27,642 nt of DNA from positions 1-27,642 of the forward strand of contig JBJOIA010000007.1 in the NCBI GenBank assembly GCA_046047395.1, given 5' to 3'. The notes under the pieces were generated by a model, which ran no database searches, had not been told where the DNA came from, and worked only from the letters and a program-made list of their open reading frames with translations. This document shows positions 16,879 to 25,490 of the stretch, one piece after another (positions within the stretch are counted from its first letter, which is position 1; each line of letters begins with the position of its first letter). The stretch is from Bacteroidota bacterium (GTDB lineage: Bacteria > Bacteroidota > Bacteroidia > Cytophagales > Spirosomataceae). Made by a program: the position numbers and the translations under genes.

Positions 16879-17551
16879 CTTCGATATCATTAAGTTTTTC
16901 TTCTAATTTTTTAGATTTGATTTTTAGGGAAGTTATCCAGAATCCTAATAAAGTCCATCCGATGATTGCTGGATAGAAGACCATTCTCATTCTATTATCT
17001 AGGTCCATTTTATTAAATCCGGGGTTACCGCCATTTCCTGGGTGAAGGGAGTCTGTCATCCTTGGAAGGATCCAGATTAGAACCATAAAAATGACGAAAG
17101 CGAAGATATTATATACGTTAGAGATTCTTGCTTTTTGCTGTTCGTCTTGGATGGAGGAACGTACGAGCAGGTAAGCGAGATAGATTAACATACCGATAGC
17201 TACGGAATTCAGTTTTGAATCGTTTGTCCACCAAGCGCCCCAGGTAAATTTTGCCCAGATGCTCCCGGTGATTAGTCCGAGTGTTGCGAAAAGAAGTCCA
17301 ACTTCTACAAAGGAATTGGATTTCAGGTCATATTGGAGGTCATTGGATTTCAGGTATTTAATGGAGTGGTATACTGAAGCGATGAGTAGGAAAATCATGG
17401 AGAACCACATGGTTACGTGGAAGTATAGATTTCTTACGGTTTCATTTAGGATGGGTTGACGGGGAACTTGTCCGAGGAAGCCTTCCCAGATGGTAAAGAT
17501 TAGCAGGATGATTGCTAAGTATTTAAAACCTTGTTTTTTTAATTTCTCCAT
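16868..17551 (-). CDS. ccmC: Heme exporter/heme delivery protein CcmC
   Basis: YFHVTMW (first His), IWAKFTWGAWWTNDSK (WWD domain), second His in DSLHP. The ATG at 17551 is preferred because the track start at 17626 overlaps ccmB by 88 nt. Confidence 0.9.
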   Translation of the reverse strand: MEKLKKQGFKYLAIILLIFTIWEGFLGQVPRQPILNETVRNLYFHVTMWFSMIFLLIASVYHSIKYLKSNDLQYDLKSNSFVEVGLLFATLGLITGSIWAKFTWGAWWTNDSKLNSVAIGMLIYLAYLLVRSSIQDEQQKARISNVYNIFAFVIFMVLIWILPRMTDSLHPGNGGNPGFNKMDLDNRMRMVFYPAIIGWTLLGFWITSLKIKSKKLEEKLNDIEDEK

Positions 17552-18207
17552 AAGTAGGGGAATAAAATTCCTGAAAGAGTGACTAAAATTACATCGAGTG
17601 CAAACAATATTGCAATTTCGTTCCAATTTTCTATTAAACCAAACCCATCCATAGCGCTTTTAGAAACTTTGATTAAAATTAGGAGGAGGGGAATAGTAAG
17701 GGGGAAGGATAATACGGCCATGAGGGTGGCGTTATTATCTCCTTTTGCGGCGATGCCAGCCACGAGGGTGAGTGTGGAAGCGAAGCCGATTGCGCCGAGT
17801 AAAAGGCTTAAAAGGTAGATTGGGAGGTTTTGAATGGGGTTATCCATGACCCAAGCGTAGAAGAAAATACCGATAAAGCTTACAAGGCAAAGGATGATGG
17901 AATTATAGATTATTTTTGAATAGATGATTGCTTCTGGGCTAACGGCGGTATAGTAGAAGAGGTCTCTATTTTTGGATTCTTGGGTGAATGATTTTCCTAC
18001 GGCGTTGATAGCGACGAAGAGGATGATGATCCAGAAGAGGGTATTCCAGGTGATGGGGTGAATGGATTGTGTTTTTGTTTTAAAGGAGAGGTAGCAGACG
18101 AAAATGGTGCTTGCCAGGTAAAGAATAAGTCCTTGAAGGGCGAATTTTTGTCGCCATTCTAATTTAAATTCTTTTTGAATCAGGACAGGGATTTCTTTTA
18201 GGATCAT
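17539..18207 (-). CDS. ccmB: Heme exporter protein CcmB
   Basis: KEFKLEWRQK N-terminus, six TM segments, LMAVLSFPLTIPLL motif; first gene of the ccm cluster. The start is the ATG at 18207 or the TTG at 18216. Confidence 0.88.
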   Translation of the reverse strand: MILKEIPVLIQKEFKLEWRQKFALQGLILYLASTIFVCYLSFKTKTQSIHPITWNTLFWIIILFVAINAVGKSFTQESKNRDLFYYTAVSPEAIIYSKIIYNSIILCLVSFIGIFFYAWVMDNPIQNLPIYLLSLLLGAIGFASTLTLVAGIAAKGDNNATLMAVLSFPLTIPLLLILIKVSKSAMDGFGLIENWNEIAILFALDVILVTLSGILFPYLWRN

Positions 18208-18344
18208 TTGGGGCAAAATTAATCAATTTTTAAGAAATGCCACCACCACCCACCCATAAATTTACCCGATTTCGAGGAATTTTCCTAACAGTAAACTGGT
18301 AAAGAATAGGTGATTAAGCTAATATCAATTTTTAGATTTGAAAA

Positions 18345-21164
18345 TTAGAGTTCTAATTTAAGAAATCTACCGGTATGGCTTTTTTTGTTTTTCGCAATTT
18401 CCTCGGGTGTACCGGTGGCCACCAATTCTCCACCTTTCATTCCGCCTTCGGGACCAATATCGATAATATGATCAGAAACTTTTAAAACGTCTAGATTATG
18501 TTCAATAATTAAAACGGTGTTACCTTTATCAACGAGTTTTTGTAATACGTTCAATAATAATTTAATATCCTGAAAATGGAGACCGGTGGTGGGCTCATCC
18601 AAAACATAAAGGGTTTTTCCAGTATCTTTTTTGGATAATTCTTCAGAGAGTTTCACTCTTTGGGCTTCTCCACCACTCAAGGTAGTAGCGTGTTGACCAA
18701 GGCTAATATATCCCAAACCTACGTCTAATAAGGTTTTGATTCTTCTATGAATTTTTGGTTGATTTTCGAAGAATTCATAGGCTTGTTCCACGGTCATATC
18801 CAAAATATCGGAGATGGATTTACCTTTGAATCTAACTTCTAGGGTTTCTCTATTGAAGCGTTTTCCTTTACAAGTTTCACATTCTACTTGTACATCTGGA
18901 AGGAATTCCATTTCAATTTTTTTCAAGCCTGCACCTTCGCAGGTTTCACATCTTCCACCTTTTACATTGAAACTGAATCTTCCAGGCTTATAACCCCTTA
19001 TTTTAGATTCTGGTAAATCTGAAAATAGGGTACGTATATCGGTGTATAAATTGGTATAAGTAGCAGGATTCGAACGTGGGGTTCTTCCAATCGGACTTTG
19101 ATCTACTTCAATAATTTTATCAATATTTTCAATTCCTGTGATAGATTTGAAAGGTAAAGGATCTTTATTTGATTTATAAAATTCTTTTTTTAGATAAGCT
19201 ACTAAGGTTTCATGAATTAAGGTAGATTTACCTGAGCCAGAAACACCTGAAACAGTAATTAATTTTCCGAGAGGAATATCTACATCGATATTTTTTAGGT
19301 TATTTCCTGAGGCTTTTTTAATTGAAATAGTTTTTTCATTACCCTTTCTTCTTTCCTTGGGAATTTCAATTTTCCATTCATTTCTAAGGAAATTTGAGGT
19401 AGGAGTATTAAGTTTTAGGAAATCTTCCGGACTACCTTTTCCTACAATTGTGCCTCCGTGAATACCTGCACCCGGACCAACATCCAAAATATAATCTGCC
19501 GCGAGCATCATGTCTTTGTCGTGTTCTACTACAAAGACTGAATTGCCAATATCACGAAGATCTTTTAAAGATTGAATTAATTTTTCATTATCTCTTTGAT
19601 GAAGACCGATGGAGGGTTCATCCATGATGTATAAAACACCTACTAATTGTGTGCCAATTTGGGTTGCCAAACGAATTCTTTGGGCTTCACCCCCAGAGAG
19701 TGTCCGGATGGGACGATCAAGCGTAAGATATGTCAATCCGATTTGAGTTAGAAAACCTACTCGTTTTTTAATTTCTTTGATGACTTCCTGGCCAATTTGT
19801 TTCTGACGGTCGGAGATTCTTTCCTCTAAATTTTCTAGCCAATTTTCTAATTCAACCACATCCATTTGGGCTAGTTCTCCAATATGTTTACCATCAATTT
19901 TATAATGGAGAGATTCCTTTTTTAATCGATAACCCCCACAATCATCGCAAGTCTTGATAGTAACAAAATCTGAAAACCAGTTTTGTGCACGTTCATTGTC
20001 GGACTGGCTATATTTTTTGATAAAGTTTATGATACCCTCATATTTCATGCTCCATTCCGTTCCTTGATATTTTTTGGAGGGCACAGCCACGGGCTTATCG
20101 GAACCATAAAGCATCATTTTAATTGCTTCAGGAGGAAATTTTTCGATTGGAGTGGATAGTCCAATTTTGAAGGGTTTTAATAAGGATTCTAATTGTTTAA
20201 ATATCCATAGATCTCGGTATTCACCAATTGGGGCAATGGCTCCTCTAATGATGGATAAAGATTTATCTGGAATGATGGAATCTTCTGTAATTTCCTCTAT
20301 TATTCCCAATCCATTGCAGGTTGGACAAGCTCCATACGGACTATTAAAGGAAAAAGTATTGGGGGCAGGTTCATCATAAGAAAGACCTGTTTTTGGATCC
20401 ATTAAAGTTTGAGAAAAATAATGTACCTTTTGATCTTGATCTAAAAGTATAATTTGTCCTTTACCTAATTTCATCGCAGTTGAAAGAGATTGGGAAAGAC
20501 GAAGTCGATCTTGTTTATCTAAAATTAGTCGATCCACTACTACTTCTACATCATGGATTTTGAAACGGTCTAATTGTAGGTTCGGAACGATTTCCTGAAT
20601 TTCTCCATCAATTCTCACCTTGGTATATCCCCATTTTGCAATTTGAACGAATAATTCTCTATAATGACCTTTTCTTCCCTTTACTACTGGTGCCAATAGG
20701 ATGGTTTTTTGTCCTTCAAAAGATTGATAAAGAGCATCAATAATTTGGTCGGTAGACATTTTTACCATTTTTTCCCCACTTAGGTAGGAATAGGCATCGG
20801 CAGCTCTAGCGTAGAATAAGCGTAAGAAATCGTAAATTTCTGTGGTAGTTCCAACAGTAGATCGGGGATTTTTTGAAGTGGTTTTTTGTTCGATAGAAAT
20901 TACTGGAGAGAGCCCTTCGATTTTATCAACATTGGGTCTTTCCAGGTTTCCGAGGAAATTTCTTGCATAGGCAGAGAAAGATTCCATATACCTTCTTTGT
21001 CCTTCCGCATAAATCGTATCAAATGCTAGTGAGGATTTCCCTGAACCGGAGATACCCGTGATTACTACCAATTGATTTCTTGGTATTTTTACATCAATAT
21101 TTTTGAGATTATGCTCTCTAGCACCGTAAACTTCAACGTGGGAATAACCTGTAAGGTCTAACAT
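18345..21164 (-). CDS. uvrA: Excinuclease ABC subunit A
   Basis: GAREHNLKNI, two Walker A motifs (GISGSGKS, GVSGSGKS), two LSGGEAQR signatures, zinc-finger motifs CPTCNG, CDDCGG, CETCEG, CETCKG. Confidence 0.98.
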   Translation of the reverse strand: MLDLTGYSHVEVYGAREHNLKNIDVKIPRNQLVVITGISGSGKSSLAFDTIYAEGQRRYMESFSAYARNFLGNLERPNVDKIEGLSPVISIEQKTTSKNPRSTVGTTTEIYDFLRLFYARAADAYSYLSGEKMVKMSTDQIIDALYQSFEGQKTILLAPVVKGRKGHYRELFVQIAKWGYTKVRIDGEIQEIVPNLQLDRFKIHDVEVVVDRLILDKQDRLRLSQSLSTAMKLGKGQIILLDQDQKVHYFSQTLMDPKTGLSYDEPAPNTFSFNSPYGACPTCNGLGIIEEITEDSIIPDKSLSIIRGAIAPIGEYRDLWIFKQLESLLKPFKIGLSTPIEKFPPEAIKMMLYGSDKPVAVPSKKYQGTEWSMKYEGIINFIKKYSQSDNERAQNWFSDFVTIKTCDDCGGYRLKKESLHYKIDGKHIGELAQMDVVELENWLENLEERISDRQKQIGQEVIKEIKKRVGFLTQIGLTYLTLDRPIRTLSGGEAQRIRLATQIGTQLVGVLYIMDEPSIGLHQRDNEKLIQSLKDLRDIGNSVFVVEHDKDMMLAADYILDVGPGAGIHGGTIVGKGSPEDFLKLNTPTSNFLRNEWKIEIPKERRKGNEKTISIKKASGNNLKNIDVDIPLGKLITVSGVSGSGKSTLIHETLVAYLKKEFYKSNKDPLPFKSITGIENIDKIIEVDQSPIGRTPRSNPATYTNLYTDIRTLFSDLPESKIRGYKPGRFSFNVKGGRCETCEGAGLKKIEMEFLPDVQVECETCKGKRFNRETLEVRFKGKSISDILDMTVEQAYEFFENQPKIHRRIKTLLDVGLGYISLGQHATTLSGGEAQRVKLSEELSKKDTGKTLYVLDEPTTGLHFQDIKLLLNVLQKLVDKGNTVLIIEHNLDVLKVSDHIIDIGPEGGMKGGELVATGTPEEIAKNKKSHTGRFLKLEL

Positions 21165-21202
21165 AAACTAAATTTGATTCATTTAAGGCGATAAAATAAT
21201 AA

Positions 21203-21243
21203 TGCGAATTAAGAATCATTTCTTTCATAATTCTTAATTCGCA
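21203..21243 (-). terminator. 14-bp perfect hairpin after the TBDR gene, probable intrinsic terminator
   Basis: tgcgaattaagaat (21203-21216) and attcttaattcgca (21230-21243) with a 13-nt loop, followed on the minus strand by TTATTATTTT; it begins about 22 nt after the TBDR stop. Confidence 0.65.
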
Positions 21244-21265
21244 AAATTATAAATTTTAATGAATT

Positions 21266-24200
21266 CTATCTAAAGAATTCATCAAAAGTAATACTTACGA
21301 AAACTGTTCTACCAATTGCTGGATTCGCCCATGAGGTAGTATATAAGTTTCCAGAAAGATTAGAACCTCCTACTTTCACTAAGGATTTCATTGAAGGAAT
21401 TCTTTTGGTTATTGCAGCATCTAAAGTAGAGAATGCTGGAATAACAGATCCCTGAGCTTGATTTACAACCGGATTAACGATTGATGATTGCCAAACAAAA
21501 GAATCTTGATTTCTATATGTAATATTAAATCCGAAACCTGATTTACCAATATTGCTATTTGCTAAGGTAAAGGTTTTTCTCATTTTAGGAGTATTGTATC
21601 CTAAGGTTTTAACGTTGATATCGTTACCTGTAACAGATTTTACTTCATTACTAGATAAATTCGCTCCGATAGTGAAATTTCCTGCAAATTTCCAGTCAAT
21701 TCCTAATCCCCAACCACCAGTTTTAACCTTACCTTCTACATTCGCAGGGAATGAGAATGTATTGGAACCGTTGATTGTTGCTAAAGAAGTACCCGTTGTA
21801 ACAACTTGACCAGCAGAGAAATTATTATAAGTAGAAGAATACCAATAAGCATCTACTAAGAATTTATTTGCAAACAAGCCTTTGTAACCAAGTTCTGTTG
21901 AAACTACTCTTTCAGGTTTCCATTCTTTTGCTTGGTATTTTTGTGGGTTTCCTGCAAGCAAAGAACTTAAAGTATAGGCATTTCCATCTAAATTATACAT
22001 TTTTTGTACCGCTGGAAGACCACCTAATAGTCTAGCAGTAGGAGTACCTAAATTAATATATTGATCCTGTGTTGTTGGGATTCTAAAACCAGACTGATAA
22101 GAAGCTCTAATATTAGAAGTTCCAAGGCTTAATACTCCGGATACTCTTGGAGTAAATTGACCTTTAAAGTTTTCATTTTTATCATATCTAGCAGAACCAG
22201 TAATTTTGAATTTATCTTCAAATAAAGATTTTGCTAATTGTAAATAAGCTCCATATTCAGAAATGGTATATTCAGAACCATCTGCCTTAGTTAGGAATAA
22301 AGAACCTTGAGAATTTAAATTATATCTTCTATAATTTGCGCCTGCTACAACTTCTAGTGCATTGTTTAATGCTTCTGTGAAATTATACATTCCCTCGAAG
22401 TGAGTCATGCCAGTTCTATCAATGAATTTTGCACCATTTGGAAGTGCTTTTTTCGAAGCTTCTTCTTTTGCTGCATTGAATGCTGCAGAACCAGCGGCTG
22501 GAACAACAGATTGTGCTGCAGCTAGAGAATTTGCATAGAAAGTAGAAAATCCAGCTGATGCTGCTGCTGTTGCGGCATCATAAGCTCCAAAAGGATTCCC
22601 TGTTCCTGCCAAGGTAGTTTGGAATGCAGTAGCAAAAGTTCCAAATGATTGGCCTGCAAATGTTAGGAAATAATTGGTAAAATAATTGGTATAAGTTCCA
22701 GTATTATTTAAAATTAATTGCGCTAAAGTACCTCCAGCGTAAGCATCTCCTGAATTTTCAGTCGTATTATATCCTCTTAAGAACCAATTAGAACCTTTTA
22801 ATTCTGCTTTAAATTGATTTAAATGGAAATTCAATAAAGAATAACGGTCAATACCTGTATAAACTGAAGTACCCTGACCATAATTATCTTGAACGATTAA
22901 TTCAATATCATCATTCAATCTCCAGTGAACTGCAGCATTGAATTTTAAATTCTTATTGTTATAGTTTACAATATCTTGCTCCAAATATCCCGGACCAGAA
23001 ATATTAACATTTGGAATAAATTTTCCCATTAAAGTAGCCGCAGTAATATTTGGCTGACCAGTAGCAGTATATGCTTGGTTTAACCCTCCTAAAATTTGCT
23101 GGAATCCTAAATAAAATTGAGATAATGCAGTTGCAGTAGCCGCTGGATAACCTGCTGATTGTAATCCTGCAGGTAAAGCTTGTGGTAAAGCAGCAGCTGG
23201 ATAACCTGCAGCTAAAATTTGTGCTGCCGCTCCATTTACTCCATTATATATTCCTAGGATATTATTAAATAGGTTTTGATTGATCTCATCACCATAAATA
23301 TTAATACCATTATATGCTAAACTATTCGCTCTTGTTCCAGAAGCTAAGCCTGCTACACTAGATTGGTCTCTATAGTCTGTTGCTTGCCAATCTGTTGCAT
23401 TTTGAGCAGTAATATTGAATTTTACTGCAAATTTATTCTTCCATGCCTTTGCATATCGAAGGGATAAATCTGAAAAAGGAGTATTCGCTGTAGTTCTATT
23501 ACTAGCCGACATCGATCCGTATTTTACCTGCGCTGAAAGTCCCTGGTATAAGAAAGGACTTTTTGAGTTCATTAATAATAAACCATTAATCGCATTTGGT
23601 CCGTACAATGCAGACGCCGCACCCGGTAATACCTCAACTTTTTCTAAGTCTAATTCTGAAATACCAACCACGTTACCTACAGAGAAATTTAATCCAGGAG
23701 CTTGATTGTCCATCCCATCAATTAATTGAACAACACGGACGTTACCATTCGAACCAAATCCTCTCATATTAATTGAATTGAAAGAAAATGATTGTGTACT
23801 CATGTCAATTCCCTTTAAATTTCTTAAAGCGTCATAAAAATTTGCAGATCCTGTTTGTTGAATATCTCTAATAGACATTGTTTCTACAGATACTGGAGAT
23901 TTTAAAACACTTTCCTCAACTCTCGACGCCGATACCACCACTTCATTTCCTAAGGTTGAAGTTTCATTCATTTTAATGGTCATATTTTCATTGGTACCAT
24001 CAATTTTCATTTCTACTGAGGAATAACCTACACTTGAAACAACAATTGTGAAAGGTGTTGGAGTAGATGTCGTTAGACTAAATTTACCATTTAAATCAGC
24101 AATCGTACCAATGACTTTTCCTTTAACTGATAAATTTGCTCCAATCATCGGGGAGCCATCATTCGAGTCTACAATACTACCTGAAATGGTAGTTTGAGCA

Positions 24201-24268
24201 AGAATCGTTATAGATGTAATTAAAAATAAAACGGCACTTAGTGCAAGTTTGAGTGAAAGTTTTTTCAT
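21266..24268 (-). CDS. TonB-dependent outer-membrane receptor (non-SusC type), substrate unknown
   Basis: Signal peptide ending LAQ, carboxypeptidase-regulatory-like domain, plug motif LEKVEVLPGAASALYGPNAINGLL, barrel motifs SARYDKNENF and LKPE-like WKPERVVSTELGYKG, C-terminal VSITFDEFFR. No adjacent susD. Confidence 0.9.
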   Translation of the reverse strand: MKKLSLKLALSAVLFLITSITILAQTTISGSIVDSNDGSPMIGANLSVKGKVIGTIADLNGKFSLTTSTPTPFTIVVSSVGYSSVEMKIDGTNENMTIKMNETSTLGNEVVVSASRVEESVLKSPVSVETMSIRDIQQTGSANFYDALRNLKGIDMSTQSFSFNSINMRGFGSNGNVRVVQLIDGMDNQAPGLNFSVGNVVGISELDLEKVEVLPGAASALYGPNAINGLLLMNSKSPFLYQGLSAQVKYGSMSASNRTTANTPFSDLSLRYAKAWKNKFAVKFNITAQNATDWQATDYRDQSSVAGLASGTRANSLAYNGINIYGDEINQNLFNNILGIYNGVNGAAAQILAAGYPAAALPQALPAGLQSAGYPAATATALSQFYLGFQQILGGLNQAYTATGQPNITAATLMGKFIPNVNISGPGYLEQDIVNYNNKNLKFNAAVHWRLNDDIELIVQDNYGQGTSVYTGIDRYSLLNFHLNQFKAELKGSNWFLRGYNTTENSGDAYAGGTLAQLILNNTGTYTNYFTNYFLTFAGQSFGTFATAFQTTLAGTGNPFGAYDAATAAASAGFSTFYANSLAAAQSVVPAAGSAAFNAAKEEASKKALPNGAKFIDRTGMTHFEGMYNFTEALNNALEVVAGANYRRYNLNSQGSLFLTKADGSEYTISEYGAYLQLAKSLFEDKFKITGSARYDKNENFKGQFTPRVSGVLSLGTSNIRASYQSGFRIPTTQDQYINLGTPTARLLGGLPAVQKMYNLDGNAYTLSSLLAGNPQKYQAKEWKPERVVSTELGYKGLFANKFLVDAYWYSSTYNNFSAGQVVTTGTSLATINGSNTFSFPANVEGKVKTGGWGLGIDWKFAGNFTIGANLSSNEVKSVTGNDINVKTLGYNTPKMRKTFTLANSNIGKSGFGFNITYRNQDSFVWQSSIVNPVVNQAQGSVIPAFSTLDAAITKRIPSMKSLVKVGGSNLSGNLYTTSWANPAIGRTVFVSITFDEFFR

Positions 24269-24458
24269 AAGAATATGTTTATGAAGTTTGTTAAATTTGG
24301 GGTAAAGATAGAAATATAAATTGTATTTTAATATATTAAATTATCAAATTAAATTGAAATATCACAATTAAATATTCAAATTTTTAAATTTTATAATTTC
24401 TTAATGTTTGGTATTTCTTGATTTTCACTAACTTAGAACAATATTATCGCCTGAATCA

Positions 24459-25490
24459 ATGAAAAAAATCTTTTTAATTTTTATCCTAATTTCTGCCTTT
24501 TCTTGTTCAAAACCTTTTTATTATATCAATCCGAATAGATTTAGTGATGTTCCCCAACCTCCAGAGGTAGACTATTCTAAAATTGAAAATTGGGCTTCTC
24601 ATCCGAATATCCAGGATGAGGCAGATAAAATTCCTAAAAATTCAAATTTTAAGGATGGCCAAAAAGAGGCTGAGGTAGATGTCTTTTTTGTTTATCCAAC
24701 AGTTTTTATCAAGGAACCTCGGTTTGAATATTCTTGGAATGCTTATTTGGGAGATTCCCTGTTGAATAAAGAAATTGATGAGGGTACCATCCGAAATCAA
24801 GCATCTGTTTTTAATGGATCCGCAAAAATTTATGCTCCAAGATATAGACAAGCCCATTATTATATTTATTATACGCCCAATAAAGAAGACAAAACTGCCG
24901 CATTAGATTTGGCCTATTCCGATGTAAAAAAGGCTTTTGAATACTATTTGAAAAATTTTAATCATGGTAGACCAATCATTATAGCCGGCCATAGTCAAGG
25001 TACTCAACATACAACCAGACTTTTACAGGAATATTTTGATGGGAAGGAATTGTCTAACCAATTAGTTGCAGCTTATATCATCGGAATAGCTACCCAAAAA
25101 TCTTTTTTCAAGGAATTAAAACCTTGTGCAAATCCTGATCAAACTGGTTGTTTTGTTTCTTATACCACCTTTCACCGGAAATATTATCCAGATTGGCATC
25201 CAAGAAAAGAAACAGATTTGGTTTCGGTAAATCCAGTCTCGTGGACTTTAAATGAAAAACACGCTTCAAGATTTGAAAATCCTGGGGGTGTTGGATTGAA
25301 TTTTAATTATATTGAGCATGCTACTGATGCCCAAAATCATCAGGGATTATTATGGATTCATCAGCCTCATATTTTTGGGAGAATTTTTATCCATAAAAAA
25401 AATTGGCATATTGGAGATTATAATTTATTTTGGGGTTCAATTCGAAAAAATGTAGAAAATCGGATTGAAAAATTTAACCAAAAAAAATGA
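24459..25490 (+). CDS. DUF3089 family alpha/beta hydrolase lipoprotein (putative esterase)
   Basis: Lipobox AFSC; VDVFFVYPT, QASVFN, IYAPRYRQA, nucleophile elbow GHSQG, C-terminal WHIGDYNLFW. Confidence 0.85.
   Translation: MKKIFLIFILISAFSCSKPFYYINPNRFSDVPQPPEVDYSKIENWASHPNIQDEADKIPKNSNFKDGQKEAEVDVFFVYPTVFIKEPRFEYSWNAYLGDSLLNKEIDEGTIRNQASVFNGSAKIYAPRYRQAHYYIYYTPNKEDKTAALDLAYSDVKKAFEYYLKNFNHGRPIIIAGHSQGTQHTTRLLQEYFDGKELSNQLVAAYIIGIATQKSFFKELKPCANPDQTGCFVSYTTFHRKYYPDWHPRKETDLVSVNPVSWTLNEKHASRFENPGGVGLNFNYIEHATDAQNHQGLLWIHQPHIFGRIFIHKKNWHIGDYNLFWGSIRKNVENRIEKFNQKK

Noticed and set aside
16500-18200. Locally higher GC and G-rich plus strand in ccmB/ccmC (spot counts 40-55% GC per 60-nt line), suggesting horizontal transfer
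   Set aside because: Similar values occur in the ccmF core and menF is also G-rich. Amino-acid composition and strand skew can explain it, and there are no mobility genes or flanking repeats. A sliding-window codon analysis would be needed.
18240-18250. Chi-like GGTGGTGG sequence
   Set aside because: It does not match E. coli Chi (GCTGGTGG), Chi is species-specific, and a single copy gives no support.
18274-18285. aggaattttcct as a Bacteroidota SOS box near uvrA
   Set aside because: The spacing is GGA-N4-TCC rather than the GGA-N5-TCC reported for non-canonical Bacteroidota LexA, and it lies downstream of uvrA. No such box is seen upstream of uvrA.
24269-24458. Cobalamin or other riboswitch, or a Fur box, upstream of the second TBDR
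   Set aside because: The region is too AT-rich for a structured aptamer, and I found no convincing GATAATGATAATCATTATC-like match.
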